From the NCBI GenBank assembly GCA_018713685.1, contig DVOK01000006.1, positions 62,545 through 126,544 of the forward strand: a stretch of DNA of 64,000 bases, written 5' to 3'. The notes below the pieces were generated by a model, which saw nothing but the letters and a program-made list of their open reading frames with translations, was not told the DNA's origin and made no database searches. How positions within the stretch are numbered: position 1 is the first letter of the stretch; each line of letters starts with the position of its first letter. The position numbers and the translations under genes are program-made. Origin of the DNA: Candidatus Merdousia gallistercoris (GTDB lineage Bacteria > Verrucomicrobiota > Verrucomicrobiia > Opitutales > Intestinicryptomonadaceae). This document shows, one piece after another, positions 28,171-38,572 of the stretch.

Positions 28171-30288
28171 TTATTGGTGCCTTTGCTTAAAGCCCTCCGC
28201 GCGGATTTTCCATTTCCCGTTGGCGGGAAAGTATAGAGAGTCGCCATTCGGCGCGGGCGCGCCGTCCCAGCCGTTTGCGAGCATTGCGGAGGCTGCAAGC
28301 AGCCCTCCGTTCGCGGGGAAATAGACGCAGGGCGAGTTTACAGTTCCGGCGTCATTCCACGAATAGTGGGGAGTTGCAAATAAAAGGTAGTCTATCGCTT
28401 TTTCCGGATTTCCCGTCCGCAGCTCCGCCATCGCGAGCATGGGGAAGTCCCACCCCCATATTCTGTCGAAGTTCCAAGTTGACTCGATTTTCCTCAATGT
28501 ATTTCTCATTGTATCGGGCTTTGTCCCGTCGCCGCGCAGCATTCCGAATGTGCCTATGAGAGCGGGGTGCTCCCAATTCAGCTTTGTCCACATGTCTTTG
28601 ACGCCCTCGTATATTTCATATACTCCGTCTTTTTCGGGAAGTGGGGATAGATTGTCGAGAACTTCCCTCCACTTTTTATTTTCGGGCATGCCCATTCTCT
28701 TTTGCCATTCGAGAGCGACCGAAAGTCCATACCTCCAATAGCCTAGCTCAAAGGCGGGATTGCGCGTAGTGCTTGGGTTTGTGTTTTCCGATACTATATA
28801 GAGCGGCGGTTCGAGGCAATATTTCCCGCTGGACTGATTTTTTATCGGAATATCCGCCATAAATTCTGCCGTCTCAAAAACTATATCCGACCATTTTTCG
28901 AGCGTGTCTTTCGACGGATTTGCGCGGTATAGAGCTTCCGCAAAAAATATTGGGTGCGGCTGCTGCCATATCAGAAACGAATGTATTGGGTGCGGCCATT
29001 CTCGCGGAATGTTGCCAAGGCACTTCGGCCAGCGCGCCCCGCGATAGCCTTGTTTGCGCGCTATTTCCCGCGCATAGGGAAGTGTTTTTTCGTATATGGA
29101 AAGAATGTTTTTTGCCAAATGCGGGCGCTCCCAGAGTATCCAGTGGTATGCGTGCCACCATATCATCTCAAAGTGGAATCTCCCAAACCACGAATTCTCC
29201 ATAAGCCCGCTTTCCTGCGGGGGAAGGTTTCCGGCGGCGTTTATGCGCATGAGAAATTGCGAGGTTATTATGCGCCTTTCAAGCTCCTTCCAACGCGGGT
29301 CGGAACTTGCGGACAAATCGATAAACGCCCCGTTCTCCCAAAAGTCCGCCCACATATTTTCGTACGCTTTTCTGCACTCGGCGAAATTCGGGATTGAGGC
29401 GGCGTCGGGCTTTGACGGAGAAAATTCGCAGGTGAATTCAAGGGTGTCGGAGTTTGAAACCAATTCAAATTCATGCGGGGTTTGTGTGGGCTTAAACTTT
29501 GCGCCTTCGGAAAATCTCACGGCGGCAAAATATTTAGTGGAGTCTAGTTCGCGGGAAATCACAGCCGCGTTTTTTAGCGGTGTTTCAAGCGCGCTTTTAT
29601 GCTTTTGCGGAGAGTTCCAATCGCCGGAAAGGTTGGCTGTTTGCGCGTCCGAATACGGGAATGAAAAAATAACGCGGAGTTTTCCCGGCTTTAAAAGCTT
29701 CGACGATATTTTTACCGATACTGCGTCGCGCTCAGGATGCGAAACTGTCGTGACGCGCGCATTTTTCCCGAGCGCGGAGAATTGGCTTTCGACGGCACCG
29801 GTGTACATATTCACCATCTGCCATGTCGGAGATATCGAGTTGAAATCGAGCCGCTTTCCGTCGGGCGAGAAAATTGCGAAAGCAATCCGCCCGAGATTCA
29901 GCCTGTGCGGATTTGCGGCGAGCCATTCCGAAAGCTGCGGGTTGGCGGGGTCGGGAAGGGAGTCCGGAAAATTTATTATTCCTTTGGGCGAATTTACTGA
30001 ACTACCCTTAAATTTTTTTGGGTCGGAAGGCGGCGGCGTGGAGTGCCATGCCCAGTCCGAGAGCGTGTTTTGCGCAGAGAGCGTTTGAAGACCCGTCCTG
30101 TCAAATCCGAAGGCGAATTTTCCGTTGCCGACCTGCGAGGGCGAATCGCTTTTGCGCGCGGAATTTCCGACGTATTTTACGGTATGGCGTTCGACAGTCG
30201 CGCGCCTGTCGATTTTACCTGTGTCCCCAAATATGGCTGCAGTATGGATTGCAGCCGCGAAAATTAAAATAATTTTGAGCATTTGCAA
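28171..30288 (-). CDS. secreted six-hairpin (alpha/alpha)6-type glycosidase-like protein
   Basis: 705 aa with signal peptide 'MQMLKIILIFAAAIHTAAIFG'. A Trp/His-rich helical core ('FHFEMIWWHAYHWILWERPHLAKN...IWQQPHPIFFAEALYR') is typical of alpha/alpha-toroid glycosidases. No family assigned. Confidence 0.5.
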   Translation of the reverse strand: MQMLKIILIFAAAIHTAAIFGDTGKIDRRATVERHTVKYVGNSARKSDSPSQVGNGKFAFGFDRTGLQTLSAQNTLSDWAWHSTPPPSDPKKFKGSSVNSPKGIINFPDSLPDPANPQLSEWLAANPHRLNLGRIAFAIFSPDGKRLDFNSISPTWQMVNMYTGAVESQFSALGKNARVTTVSHPERDAVSVKISSKLLKPGKLRVIFSFPYSDAQTANLSGDWNSPQKHKSALETPLKNAAVISRELDSTKYFAAVRFSEGAKFKPTQTPHEFELVSNSDTLEFTCEFSPSKPDAASIPNFAECRKAYENMWADFWENGAFIDLSASSDPRWKELERRIITSQFLMRINAAGNLPPQESGLMENSWFGRFHFEMIWWHAYHWILWERPHLAKNILSIYEKTLPYAREIARKQGYRGARWPKCLGNIPREWPHPIHSFLIWQQPHPIFFAEALYRANPSKDTLEKWSDIVFETAEFMADIPIKNQSSGKYCLEPPLYIVSENTNPSTTRNPAFELGYWRYGLSVALEWQKRMGMPENKKWREVLDNLSPLPEKDGVYEIYEGVKDMWTKLNWEHPALIGTFGMLRGDGTKPDTMRNTLRKIESTWNFDRIWGWDFPMLAMAELRTGNPEKAIDYLLFATPHYSWNDAGTVNSPCVYFPANGGLLAASAMLANGWDGAPAPNGDSLYFPANGKWKIRAEGFKQRHQ

Positions 30289-30648
30289 AAGTTATATTTA
30301 GGGAGGTGGGTACAGGCAACAATAATGACAAGATTTTCAAAATTTTTTCCCGCGCTTGCGGCAAGCCTTATTGTGTGCGCTTGCAGTTTTGCAATAAAAT
30401 GCGAATTTTTATTTAGCGTGGAGAATGTACCGTTTGCTTGGAAAGAAATTTTATTCTGATAAAACCTTCGCAAAGCCCGAAAAAACGTAACGCAAAAATT
30501 CTTTGTATTGAAAAGCGAAGTTTTATTTTTTTGATAAAGAAACGAGCAAAGCGGGCGGTGCGGAGCAAAATAGCGGCAAAAAATTTACCGCGCCAGCAAG
30601 TCTTCACAAAAGGCGCGCGGAGCCTCCTAAAATATGGGCAAAAACCTT

Positions 30649-31377
30649 CTATTTTGCGCCCGCGAGCTCGCCCGATGTGATTGCGACCATTCCGAATGCC
30701 ATCGGCCTTGTCTTTACGTTTTTAAATCCTGCGTCGGAGAACATTTTTTCAACCTCCGTGCGCTTGGGATAATACATTGTAGTCTTTGCGAGGTATTCGT
30801 AGTCGGCGCTTTCCCCGCCAAACAACTTTGCGATTTTTGGGACTGCCGAGCACATAAAAAATTTCTGAACAGGCTCGAATAACCCTTCAGCGCGCGCAAC
30901 TTCAAGGACGCACAAAGGCGCGCCTGCTTTTAAGACTCTCGCGATTTCCGAAAGGCACGCGGGGCGGTCGTTAAAATTTCTGAATCCGAACGAGATTGTG
31001 GCGGCGTCGAATATTCCGTCCGCAAAGGGGAGTTTTTGGCAGTCGGCCTCCACAAATTCGGAGCGCGCGCCGGCGCATTTTTTGCGGGCAATTTCCAGCA
31101 TCTCGGGGCAAAAATCGACCCCGGTGACGCGGCAGGAGGCGTCGCGCTTCAGGAACTCTGCGCAAACGTCGCCGCTGCCGCACGCGATGTCGAGAAATTT
31201 CTTTTCACCATCTGCGCGCGCGCCTGAAACGGCCGCATTTACGAGCCTTTTACGCCAGATTACATCGAGCCCCCCGCACATAGCGCGGTTTATCACGTCG
31301 TAGTGCGCGGCGACTCTCGAAAACATTTTTTTTACGATCTCGGGTTTTCTGCCTTTGGGGTCGTTGGCGTTTTCCAT
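30649..31377 (-). CDS. ubiE: demethylmenaquinone/ubiquinone C-methyltransferase
   Basis: 'KKMFSRVAAHYDVINRAMCGGLDVIWRKRL' and SAM motif 'LDIACGSGD'. 'ISFGFRNF' is also present. Confidence 0.85.
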   Translation of the reverse strand: MENANDPKGRKPEIVKKMFSRVAAHYDVINRAMCGGLDVIWRKRLVNAAVSGARADGEKKFLDIACGSGDVCAEFLKRDASCRVTGVDFCPEMLEIARKKCAGARSEFVEADCQKLPFADGIFDAATISFGFRNFNDRPACLSEIARVLKAGAPLCVLEVARAEGLFEPVQKFFMCSAVPKIAKLFGGESADYEYLAKTTMYYPKRTEVEKMFSDAGFKNVKTRPMAFGMVAITSGELAGAK

Positions 31378-31378
31378 A

Positions 31379-32986
31379 TTATTTTTTAAAGGAATTTACG
31401 ACCATCTCCGACAAAAATTTGTCAGGATTTTCCACGGCTTCCTTCGGTATGGAAAATTCCTCCGCGCCCGTATTGCGCGCGACGATTGCCAAGCCGTGGG
31501 AATAGTCGCGGAAGAGCTCGGAACAGATTGTCTGGGCGTCTTTGTCGCGCGCGACGCACAGGGATATTATCTTTTCTTTTGCGTCGGGCTCAAAAACGAG
31601 CTTAAAACCGTTTTCGGCATGGAATTTTTCCGCAAACTCTGCGATGGATTCCGATATGTCTTCCCTCAAAAGGTCGGCATTGTTCACGAGTAATTTTTCA
31701 AGGCCCTCCTTCGGGTTCGCAACCGTTTGGGAGTCGAGCTCAAAGTGCTTTATGCCAGACGAGGGGAGGTCGAATTTAAAGTCGCGCAATGTCCTTTCGA
31801 GGACGGTCATGAGGCCCCTCGCGCCGGTTTTTTCTTCGTAGGCGAGTTTCGCGACAGCCTCGATTGCCTCCTTTGTGACGGTGAAGTCGATTCCGTATCC
31901 GCGGAAATCCGATTCGTACTGGCGCAAAATAGACCCCTCTGACGAAACGAGAATGTCGGCCAGGTCGTCCGCTTTTAGCGATTCGCATGCAACCCTAACG
32001 GGAAGCCTTCCGATAAATTCGGCTTCAAATCCGTATTTTATAAAGTCGGAAGTCTGGGCGAATTTGAGAAATTCCGAGGGTTCTTCGTCCGGATTTGCGC
32101 CGTCGGAATGTTCGGAAAAGCCTATTACGCCGCGGTTCATTCGCTTTGCGATGTCCTCGCCGAGGGTGTCGAATGCGCCGCTTACTATGAACAGTATGTG
32201 GCGGGTGTTTATTGTGCGCTTTGGCTTTTTTCCGCCTCTTGCGCTCATCGCCATCTGCATTTGCCCCATCATATCCTGCGGGCTTACGACATTCACGTTC
32301 GATTCCTCCATTAGTTTTAGGAGGTTGATTTGAACTCCCCTGCCGGATACGTCCCTGCCGCCGTTGCGCCCGTCGCGGCCGGCGATTTTATCAATTTCGT
32401 CGATGTACACAATGCCGTATTGGGCGACATCTACATCGCCGTCTGCGGCTTTTACGAGGTCGCGCACGAGGTCTTCGACGTCGCCGCCGACGTATCCTGT
32501 TTCCGAAAACTTGGTTGCGTCGGCCTTTACAAACGGAACGCCTATGAGTTTTGCGATTGTGCGCATGAGGTACGTTTTGCCCACGCCCGTCGGCCCGAGA
32601 ATCAGAATGTTTTGTTTTGCGTATTCGCGTTCGGCGAGTTTCGGGTTTTGCATGCAGCGGCGTATGTGGTTGTAGTGGTCGCAGATTGCGACCGACAGAA
32701 CCTTTTTAGCCTCGTCCTGCTTAATTACGAATTTATCGAGATAGTCGCGTATCTCGCGCGGCTTCATTGAGAAGTTGGCGATTCTTTCGAGGATTTTTGC
32801 GGACGAATCGTTTTGAGGCGCGGAATTTTCTTCGTACGGGGCGGAGGCTCCGAACGGTGGCACAAATTCAAATCTCACGTTTTTATTTTTTCCGAGCACT
32901 CCCTCGAGCTGTTTTTTGAGTTCTTCGAGGGGGTTTTCTTCGTTGTCTTTTTTTGGAGTGTCGTCCGTTGGAGGATTTGTATTCAT
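31379..32986 (-). CDS. ClpX-like AAA+ unfoldase lacking the N-terminal zinc-binding domain, with a C-terminal extension
   Basis: Walker A 'GPTGVGKT', pore loop 'TGYVGGDVE', Walker B 'IVYIDEIDK' and 'VIGFSE' (IGF-like) are present. There are no Cys residues in the N-terminal 90 aa. About 110 extra residues follow the 'TGARGL' sensor region. Confidence 0.75.
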   Translation of the reverse strand: MNTNPPTDDTPKKDNEENPLEELKKQLEGVLGKNKNVRFEFVPPFGASAPYEENSAPQNDSSAKILERIANFSMKPREIRDYLDKFVIKQDEAKKVLSVAICDHYNHIRRCMQNPKLAEREYAKQNILILGPTGVGKTYLMRTIAKLIGVPFVKADATKFSETGYVGGDVEDLVRDLVKAADGDVDVAQYGIVYIDEIDKIAGRDGRNGGRDVSGRGVQINLLKLMEESNVNVVSPQDMMGQMQMAMSARGGKKPKRTINTRHILFIVSGAFDTLGEDIAKRMNRGVIGFSEHSDGANPDEEPSEFLKFAQTSDFIKYGFEAEFIGRLPVRVACESLKADDLADILVSSEGSILRQYESDFRGYGIDFTVTKEAIEAVAKLAYEEKTGARGLMTVLERTLRDFKFDLPSSGIKHFELDSQTVANPKEGLEKLLVNNADLLREDISESIAEFAEKFHAENGFKLVFEPDAKEKIISLCVARDKDAQTICSELFRDYSHGLAIVARNTGAEEFSIPKEAVENPDKFLSEMVVNSFKK

Positions 32987-33193
32987 ATCTAAAATTTTGC
33001 GAAAAGCCGTTTATATAGAGGTCGGATTTTTGTGTAAAGTCTTTAAATAATTTGAAAAAATCATCAGAATTATATTGACTTTCAACATCGAAAGATAATT
33101 CTAAAAATCTTAGTAAAGACGCTAAAAGATACGTGCAGCAGTAATTGCTGGCATTTAAAAAGATTTTTATAACTGATACAAGATAGGCAAAAT

Positions 33194-33547
33194 ATGCAAA
33201 ATCTTACCAAGAGAGAAATAGTTCAGGAAATTTACAAGGCTAAAGAAGAATGCCGCCGCGGCGATATTCTGCAAAACGATGTAAAAGACATAGTTCAGCG
33301 CACGCTCGACATACTTTGCGCGTCGCTCGTCAAGGGTAGAAATGTGGAGCTCAGAAACTTCGGTGTGTTTGAAGTTCAAATACGCAAGCCGCGCGTTGGA
33401 CGCAATCCTACAAAGCCCGCCGACGACGTCGTTATCCCCAAGAGGGCTATCGTAAAGTTTAAGGCTGGCAAGGAGCTAAAAGCAGCCCTTAAAAAGCTCG
33501 ATTTGTCCATAGTGGAAAAGAACAAGGCGGCAAGAGCCAGAAAATAA
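33194..33547 (+). CDS. HU/IHF-family DNA-binding protein
   Basis: 'RNFGVFEVQIRKPRVGRNPTKPADDVVIPKRAIVKFKAGKELK' is the HU/IHF beta-arm signature. It has a basic C-terminal tail. Confidence 0.8.
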   Translation: MQNLTKREIVQEIYKAKEECRRGDILQNDVKDIVQRTLDILCASLVKGRNVELRNFGVFEVQIRKPRVGRNPTKPADDVVIPKRAIVKFKAGKELKAALKKLDLSIVEKNKAARARK

Positions 33548-33548
33548 A

Positions 33549-34862
33549 ATGTTTAAGACTCTCCCAGGGTTTAGAGAGTTTTATCCCGACGATTGCGCCA
33601 AACGCAACTTCATATTTTCCAAATGGCGCAAGACCGCCGAAACTTTCGGTTTTAGAGAATTCGACCCGCCCGTGTTGGAGCAGGTCGAACTCTTTACTGA
33701 AAAGAGCGGCGAGGAAATAAAGTCGCAACTGTTTGAATTTGTTGACAAGGGCGGCCGCGGAGTCTCGTTGCGTCCGGAAATGACTCCGTCTCTCGCGAGA
33801 ATGGTCGGCGCTAAAGCCGCAGGCATACGCCGCCCGGTCAAATGGTTCGCAATAGGCGAAAACTACCGCTACGAACGCCAGCAAAAGGGAAGGCTGCGCG
33901 CTTTCTATCAATATAATGCCGATATCCTCGGAGACGACTCGATAAATGCCGACGCCGAAGTAATCGCGCTTCTCATAGAATCTTTGCGCGCTTTTGGCCT
34001 CACCGAAAAAGAGTTCAAACTAAGGCTTGGCGACAGAACCCTGTGGGTGCTGTTCCTCCAAAATATGGGTGTGGAGGAAAATTTTATTATTCCCGTGCTT
34101 TCCGTCATAGATAAGATGGAAAAAGTTTCCGCGGAAGCTTTGGCGGAAATGGCCGAAAAGGCGCTCGAGGGCTCGAAGGCCGACGCGAAAGCCCTAATGG
34201 CCGCCGCGAAGGACTTTATAAAAGCCTCGACTCTCGACGAAATAAGGGCGTCTTTCGACCTGTCTTCTGAGCTTGCGGAAAAAATCGACGCTCGCATATC
34301 AGATTGGCGCATATTGATTTCCCTCCTATCCTCAATGGGCGTGGGCGAGTATGTGTCGATAGACCTCGGCATTGTAAGAGGCCTTGCGTACTATACGGGG
34401 TTTGTCTTTGAGGCTTTCCAAACGGTCGGTTCCGGACGCGCTTTGGCGGGCGGAGGCAGGTACGACAATCTCGTAAAAAAGCTCGGTTATCAGGATATGC
34501 CGGCTGTCGGATTCGGAATGGGAGATGTCACAGTTTCGGACCTTCTCGAACTCGTGGGGAAGATGGGTACTGACGCGCGGCCGCTCGAAGTTTATGTTGC
34601 AATAGGCTCTCCAAATTGCAGAGACAAGGCTTTGGAAATTGTTTCAACTCTCAGAAGGGCGGGGTATAGAACAGACTACCCGTTCAAGGACGCTTCTTTC
34701 GGCAAGCAGTTTAAGCAGGCCGACGCACTCGGGGCAAAGTTTGCTGTTGTTGTGGGAGAGGACGAAGTTTCTAAAGGCTGTGCCAAGGTAAAAAGGCTCT
34801 CAACGGGCGAGGAAACGTTCGTAGAGTTTGGAGATCTGGTTGATTTTCTCGCCCAGTCTTAG
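33549..34862 (+). CDS. hisS: histidine--tRNA ligase
   Basis: 'LPGFREFYPDD', 'LRPEMTPSLARM', 'RYERQQKGRLRAFYQ' and 'GGGRYDNL' are class II HisRS motifs. Confidence 0.9.
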   Translation: MFKTLPGFREFYPDDCAKRNFIFSKWRKTAETFGFREFDPPVLEQVELFTEKSGEEIKSQLFEFVDKGGRGVSLRPEMTPSLARMVGAKAAGIRRPVKWFAIGENYRYERQQKGRLRAFYQYNADILGDDSINADAEVIALLIESLRAFGLTEKEFKLRLGDRTLWVLFLQNMGVEENFIIPVLSVIDKMEKVSAEALAEMAEKALEGSKADAKALMAAAKDFIKASTLDEIRASFDLSSELAEKIDARISDWRILISLLSSMGVGEYVSIDLGIVRGLAYYTGFVFEAFQTVGSGRALAGGGRYDNLVKKLGYQDMPAVGFGMGDVTVSDLLELVGKMGTDARPLEVYVAIGSPNCRDKALEIVSTLRRAGYRTDYPFKDASFGKQFKQADALGAKFAVVVGEDEVSKGCAKVKRLSTGEETFVEFGDLVDFLAQS

Positions 34863-35001
34863 TTGCAGACTTTTTATTTTTTTGCGGGCATTGCGCCGTT
34901 TTGCTTTTTTTATCGACGCAATGCTTGCTTTTTTTTTGCGCGGCGGCACGGCGTTTTGGAGCACAGCTTTGATTATTCTATGCTGTAATGGATTAAAGAA
35001 A

Positions 35002-36372
35002 TTACACGGCGCATAGGAATACGCACATCACTGCAAACAAGAGCCATGTTGCTGGGGCGATTTTCCTTGCGCGTTTTGTGGCGCACATTAGCAGGACATA
35101 GGCTACTATGCCGAAAGCGAATCCCTCGGAAATTTTAAAGCACAAGGCAACCATCATTATGCAAAAAAATACGGGAATCAATTCCGCGGGATCGGAGAAA
35201 TTTATCTGGGATACGCTTTGAAACATTAGAATCCCGATGATAATCAACGCCGGCGCCGTTGCTGCCGCGGGAACTGCGTTTATAAGCGGCGAGAGAAATA
35301 GTGCCGCAATAAAAAATAGGCCCGTAAATATCGATGTCAGACCCGTCTTGCCTCCCGATTCTATTCCTGCCGATGATTCCACGTACGCGCCGGTTGTGGA
35401 CGTGCCAAGCAATGCGCCTAATATAGTTGCGGAGGCGTCGGCGGTCAGGGCTCTTCCCATTTTGGGGAATGTTCCGTCGGGGCGCATAATTCCGCATCTA
35501 TTGGCCATTGCAACGACAGTCGCTATGGTATCGAGCAGGTCGAGCATTAGCAGCACGAATATTACGGGAGCGGCTTTTTGAAATTCCCTGAACGGATAGG
35601 CGAAGTCGAGCTGCATAAATGTTTCGGAAATTCCGTGCGGCATTGAGAAAACCGCGTTCGGGATTTGCGCCATGCGCTTGCCGGTGGAGTCGTCAACAAA
35701 GAATGCGACAGCCGTCATTGCGGCGATTGATATTATTATTGCCGCCCTTACTTTTTTCACGTAGAGAATCGCAAGCAGCGCGATTCCCGCAAGCGCAAAC
35801 AGGCATTCAGGCGAAGACAATACGCCGCCGGTCACGAGAGTCACAGGATTTGAGACGACGAGCTTTGCCGACTGCAACCCGAAAAATGCTATAAACATTC
35901 CAATCCCGCATTGAAGCGCAATCTGCATTGGGCGCGGAACGCCCATAATCAGTTTTTCGCGGATTCCCGTTATTGAAATTATGAAGAAAAAAACGCCGTT
36001 GTAAAAGGTGAGCGCAAGAGCCTCCTGCCATTTGAGGCCCATTCCGATGCAAACAATGACGGAGAAATATGTGTTTGTCCCCATAGTGGGCGCGAGTGCG
36101 ATAGGCAGGTTTGCAAGCACCGCCATCAGGGCGCAGCCTATCGCAGCCGCGACGGCCGTGACAGTCACGAGAGCCGCCTTGTCCATTCCCGTTTGAGACA
36201 GTATTGCGGGATTTACCGCCAATATGTACGACATCGCAATGAATGTTGCGAAACCGGCGAGCAGTTCGTTTGGCACTGTGGAGCCGCGCTCGCTCAGACG
36301 AAAAAATTTTTCCAGTAATTTCATATATGCAAAGAGTGTAAAAGAGGCTTTTTTTAAGTTCGGGTCATACAA
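35002..36372 (-). CDS. NCS2/AzgA-family purine (adenine/guanine/hypoxanthine) permease
   Basis: 456-aa polytopic ORF. 'ERGSTVPNELLAGFATFIAMSYILAVNP' and 'GTSTTGAYVESSAGIESGGKTGL' are typical of the AzgA family. Confidence 0.85.
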   Translation of the reverse strand: MYDPNLKKASFTLFAYMKLLEKFFRLSERGSTVPNELLAGFATFIAMSYILAVNPAILSQTGMDKAALVTVTAVAAAIGCALMAVLANLPIALAPTMGTNTYFSVIVCIGMGLKWQEALALTFYNGVFFFIISITGIREKLIMGVPRPMQIALQCGIGMFIAFFGLQSAKLVVSNPVTLVTGGVLSSPECLFALAGIALLAILYVKKVRAAIIISIAAMTAVAFFVDDSTGKRMAQIPNAVFSMPHGISETFMQLDFAYPFREFQKAAPVIFVLLMLDLLDTIATVVAMANRCGIMRPDGTFPKMGRALTADASATILGALLGTSTTGAYVESSAGIESGGKTGLTSIFTGLFFIAALFLSPLINAVPAAATAPALIIIGILMFQSVSQINFSDPAELIPVFFCIMMVALCFKISEGFAFGIVAYVLLMCATKRARKIAPATWLLFAVMCVFLCAV

Positions 36373-36376
36373 AAAA

Positions 36377-37909
36377 TTACTGTCTGTCGAGAGAGCGGTA
36401 GTTTATAGCCTCCAAGAGCTGGTATGTCTGAATATTTTCGGAGGCTTCAAGATCTGCGATTGTGCGGGCCACTTTTAGGATTCTGTCCCAAGCGCGCGCC
36501 GATAGCCCGAGTTCCTCCATTGCGGAAGTCAGCATAGAAATTTGTTCGTTTGTCAACTGGCAGAATTTCCTGATTTGCGAGCTTGTCATTGCGGCGTTTA
36601 CGAGGTCCGTTCGCCCGTATGGAGCGAAGCGCCGCTTTTGTATTTCCCTTGCGGCCTCGACTCTCTTGCGGATTTCTGCGGAGGATTCGCCTTTTGAGGC
36701 TTTTGCAAGGTCGCTCACCGGCAGGGCTGAGGCCTCGACGTGGATGTCGATTCTGTCGAGCAGCGGGCCCGAAACTCTCGCCCTGTAAGCCTGTACCTGC
36801 GCGGGAGTGCATGTGCATTTTCGGCGGGGGTCACCCAGATAGCCGCATTTGCAGGGGTTCATCGCCGCGACGAGCATAAATTTGCAGGGGTAGGTTATTT
36901 TGCCTGCCGCGCGGGAAATTGTCAGCTTGCCGTCCTCCATTGGCTGCCTGAGGTTGTCGAGAATAGAGCCGAATTCCGGAAGCTCGTCTAGAAACAGAAC
37001 TCCATTGTGCGCGAGCGACACTTCGCCGGGGCGCGGATTTGGGCCGCCTCCTGCGAGCCCTACGCGGCTGATTGTGTGGTGCGGCGCCCTGAATGGGCGT
37101 CTAAAAAATTTGTTTTCCGAGAACTGCGTAAGCCCCGCCGCGGAATATATGCCGAGAATTTCGAGAAATTCGTCGAGCGTCGGCAGCGGCATTATTGATG
37201 GAATGCGCTTTGCAATCATGCTCTTTCCCGAGCCCGGCGGGCCGACCATTAGAATATTGTGCCCGCCTGCTACGGCGACTTCAACGGCTCTGCGCACTTG
37301 ATGTTGGCCTTTGACGTCTGCGAAGTCCGGCATGCCTTCCGATTGTTGGGGAATGTTGAAGGGCGACTCTGAAGCCCTGACTGGCTCAAGGTTTGTTTTG
37401 CCCCTCAGAAAGTTTACGAGTTCGCCAAGATCGCGCGGGGCGAGAGCGTCAATGCCGTCAACAAGCGCGGCTTCGGCGGCCGATTCCGGGGGCAGTATCA
37501 CGCCCTTTTTACCGAGCCTGCGCGCTAGCAACGCAAGCGATACCCCTCCGCATATGTGTCTCAAATCCCCTGATAGGCTCAGTTCGCCCGCAATGATGTA
37601 GTCGGCTAGCTTGGTTTCATCGAGCTCTCCGGTGGAAGCGAGAATACCGAGGCATATCGGGAGGTCGTATATCGGCCCTTCTTTTTTGATGTCACCGGGC
37701 GCGAGATTGACCGTCATTTTTGTAAACGGCATGGAGAACCCACTGTTCGAGAGGGCCGAGGATACGCGGTTTATGGATTCTTTTACGGCCGCGTCGGGAA
37801 GGCCCACGACGAAAGTTTTTGGTTCGCCCCTCTCCCCGGAATTTACCTCTACCTGTACCGGCAGCGCCTCGACTCCGACGAGGGCGCCAGAATTTACCCT
37901 TGCCAACAT
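36377..37909 (-). CDS. comM: YifB/ComM family Mg-chelatase-like ATPase
   Basis: N-terminal Lon-like domain, AAA+ Walker A '[11 protein letters not shown]' and '[11 protein letters not shown]'. The C-terminal helical domain is present. Confidence 0.9.
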   Translation of the reverse strand: MLARVNSGALVGVEALPVQVEVNSGERGEPKTFVVGLPDAAVKESINRVSSALSNSGFSMPFTKMTVNLAPGDIKKEGPIYDLPICLGILASTGELDETKLADYIIAGELSLSGDLRHICGGVSLALLARRLGKKGVILPPESAAEAALVDGIDALAPRDLGELVNFLRGKTNLEPVRASESPFNIPQQSEGMPDFADVKGQHQVRRAVEVAVAGGHNILMVGPPGSGKSMIAKRIPSIMPLPTLDEFLEILGIYSAAGLTQFSENKFFRRPFRAPHHTISRVGLAGGGPNPRPGEVSLAHNGVLFLDELPEFGSILDNLRQPMEDGKLTISRAAGKITYPCKFMLVAAMNPCKCGYLGDPRRKCTCTPAQVQAYRARVSGPLLDRIDIHVEASALPVSDLAKASKGESSAEIRKRVEAAREIQKRRFAPYGRTDLVNAAMTSSQIRKFCQLTNEQISMLTSAMEELGLSARAWDRILKVARTIADLEASENIQTYQLLEAINYRSLDRQ

Positions 37910-38035
37910 CTATCAAAAAAATTTACGCGGTGAATTTATTTCCAGTAATTATATTATTTGCAAAACGTTTTGTGCAAGAATAAATACATCGGAATGTCTT
38001 GATTTAACGCCGGAATTTATCCAATATTTTCGCCG

Positions 38036-38572
38036 ATGGATATGGGCGAAGCGCAAGGAAGGCTCGCTGTTGCGGCGCGGGATGTGTTTGAAATTTTTAA
38101 GGTGGGAAATCTTACCCTCTGCGCGGCGGAATCGTGCACGGGCGGGCTGGTCGGTTCGTCGATAGTGGGAATTTCCGGGGCAAGCTCGATATTTAAGGGA
38201 TCTGCCGTATGCTACTGCGACGCCTCTAAAATCTCCGTCTTGGGCGTGCGCCGCGATACGATTGAAAATTGCTTTGCCGAGAGCAGGCAATGCTCCATTG
38301 AAATGGCGCGCGGGGCTATGCGTATCTTCGGCGCGGACGCCGCGGTTTCTACGACGGGATTTCTCGACGCCAACGTGGGCGGAAAGCCGCAGGAGCTCGC
38401 CGGAAAGGTTTTTGTATGCGCTTGCGTTGGGGGCGGCGGAAAGACTTCGGAATTTTGCTCTCAAATATCCCTCGATACAAACGCAGACAGAAATTTGAAT
38501 AGAACCATAACGGCGGCTTGCGCCCTCGAATCCCTCAGACTTGCAATATCATCAATACGTCCTCAAATATGA
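38036..38572 (+). CDS. pncC: CinA C-terminal domain / nicotinamide-nucleotide amidohydrolase
   Basis: 'TLCAAESCTGGLVGSSIVGISGASSIFKGSAVCYCDASKISVLGV' is the PncC signature. Confidence 0.8.
   Translation: MDMGEAQGRLAVAARDVFEIFKVGNLTLCAAESCTGGLVGSSIVGISGASSIFKGSAVCYCDASKISVLGVRRDTIENCFAESRQCSIEMARGAMRIFGADAAVSTTGFLDANVGGKPQELAGKVFVCACVGGGGKTSEFCSQISLDTNADRNLNRTITAACALESLRLAISSIRPQI

Noticed and set aside
29096-30088. 330-aa plus-strand ORF antisense to the six-hairpin glycosidase-like gene
   Set aside because: It has the same mirror-frame character (Ser/Phe/Cys-rich, no domain recognisable). The minus-strand ORF has a signal peptide and a coherent fold signature.
30325-30459. 44-aa ORF 'MTRFSKFFPALAASLIVCACSF...' resembling a mini lipoprotein, divergent from the glycosidase-like gene
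   Set aside because: It is very short. The nearest GGAGG is 18 nt upstream, which is poor spacing. The lipobox is atypical (LIVC/VCAC). Sequence alone cannot support it.
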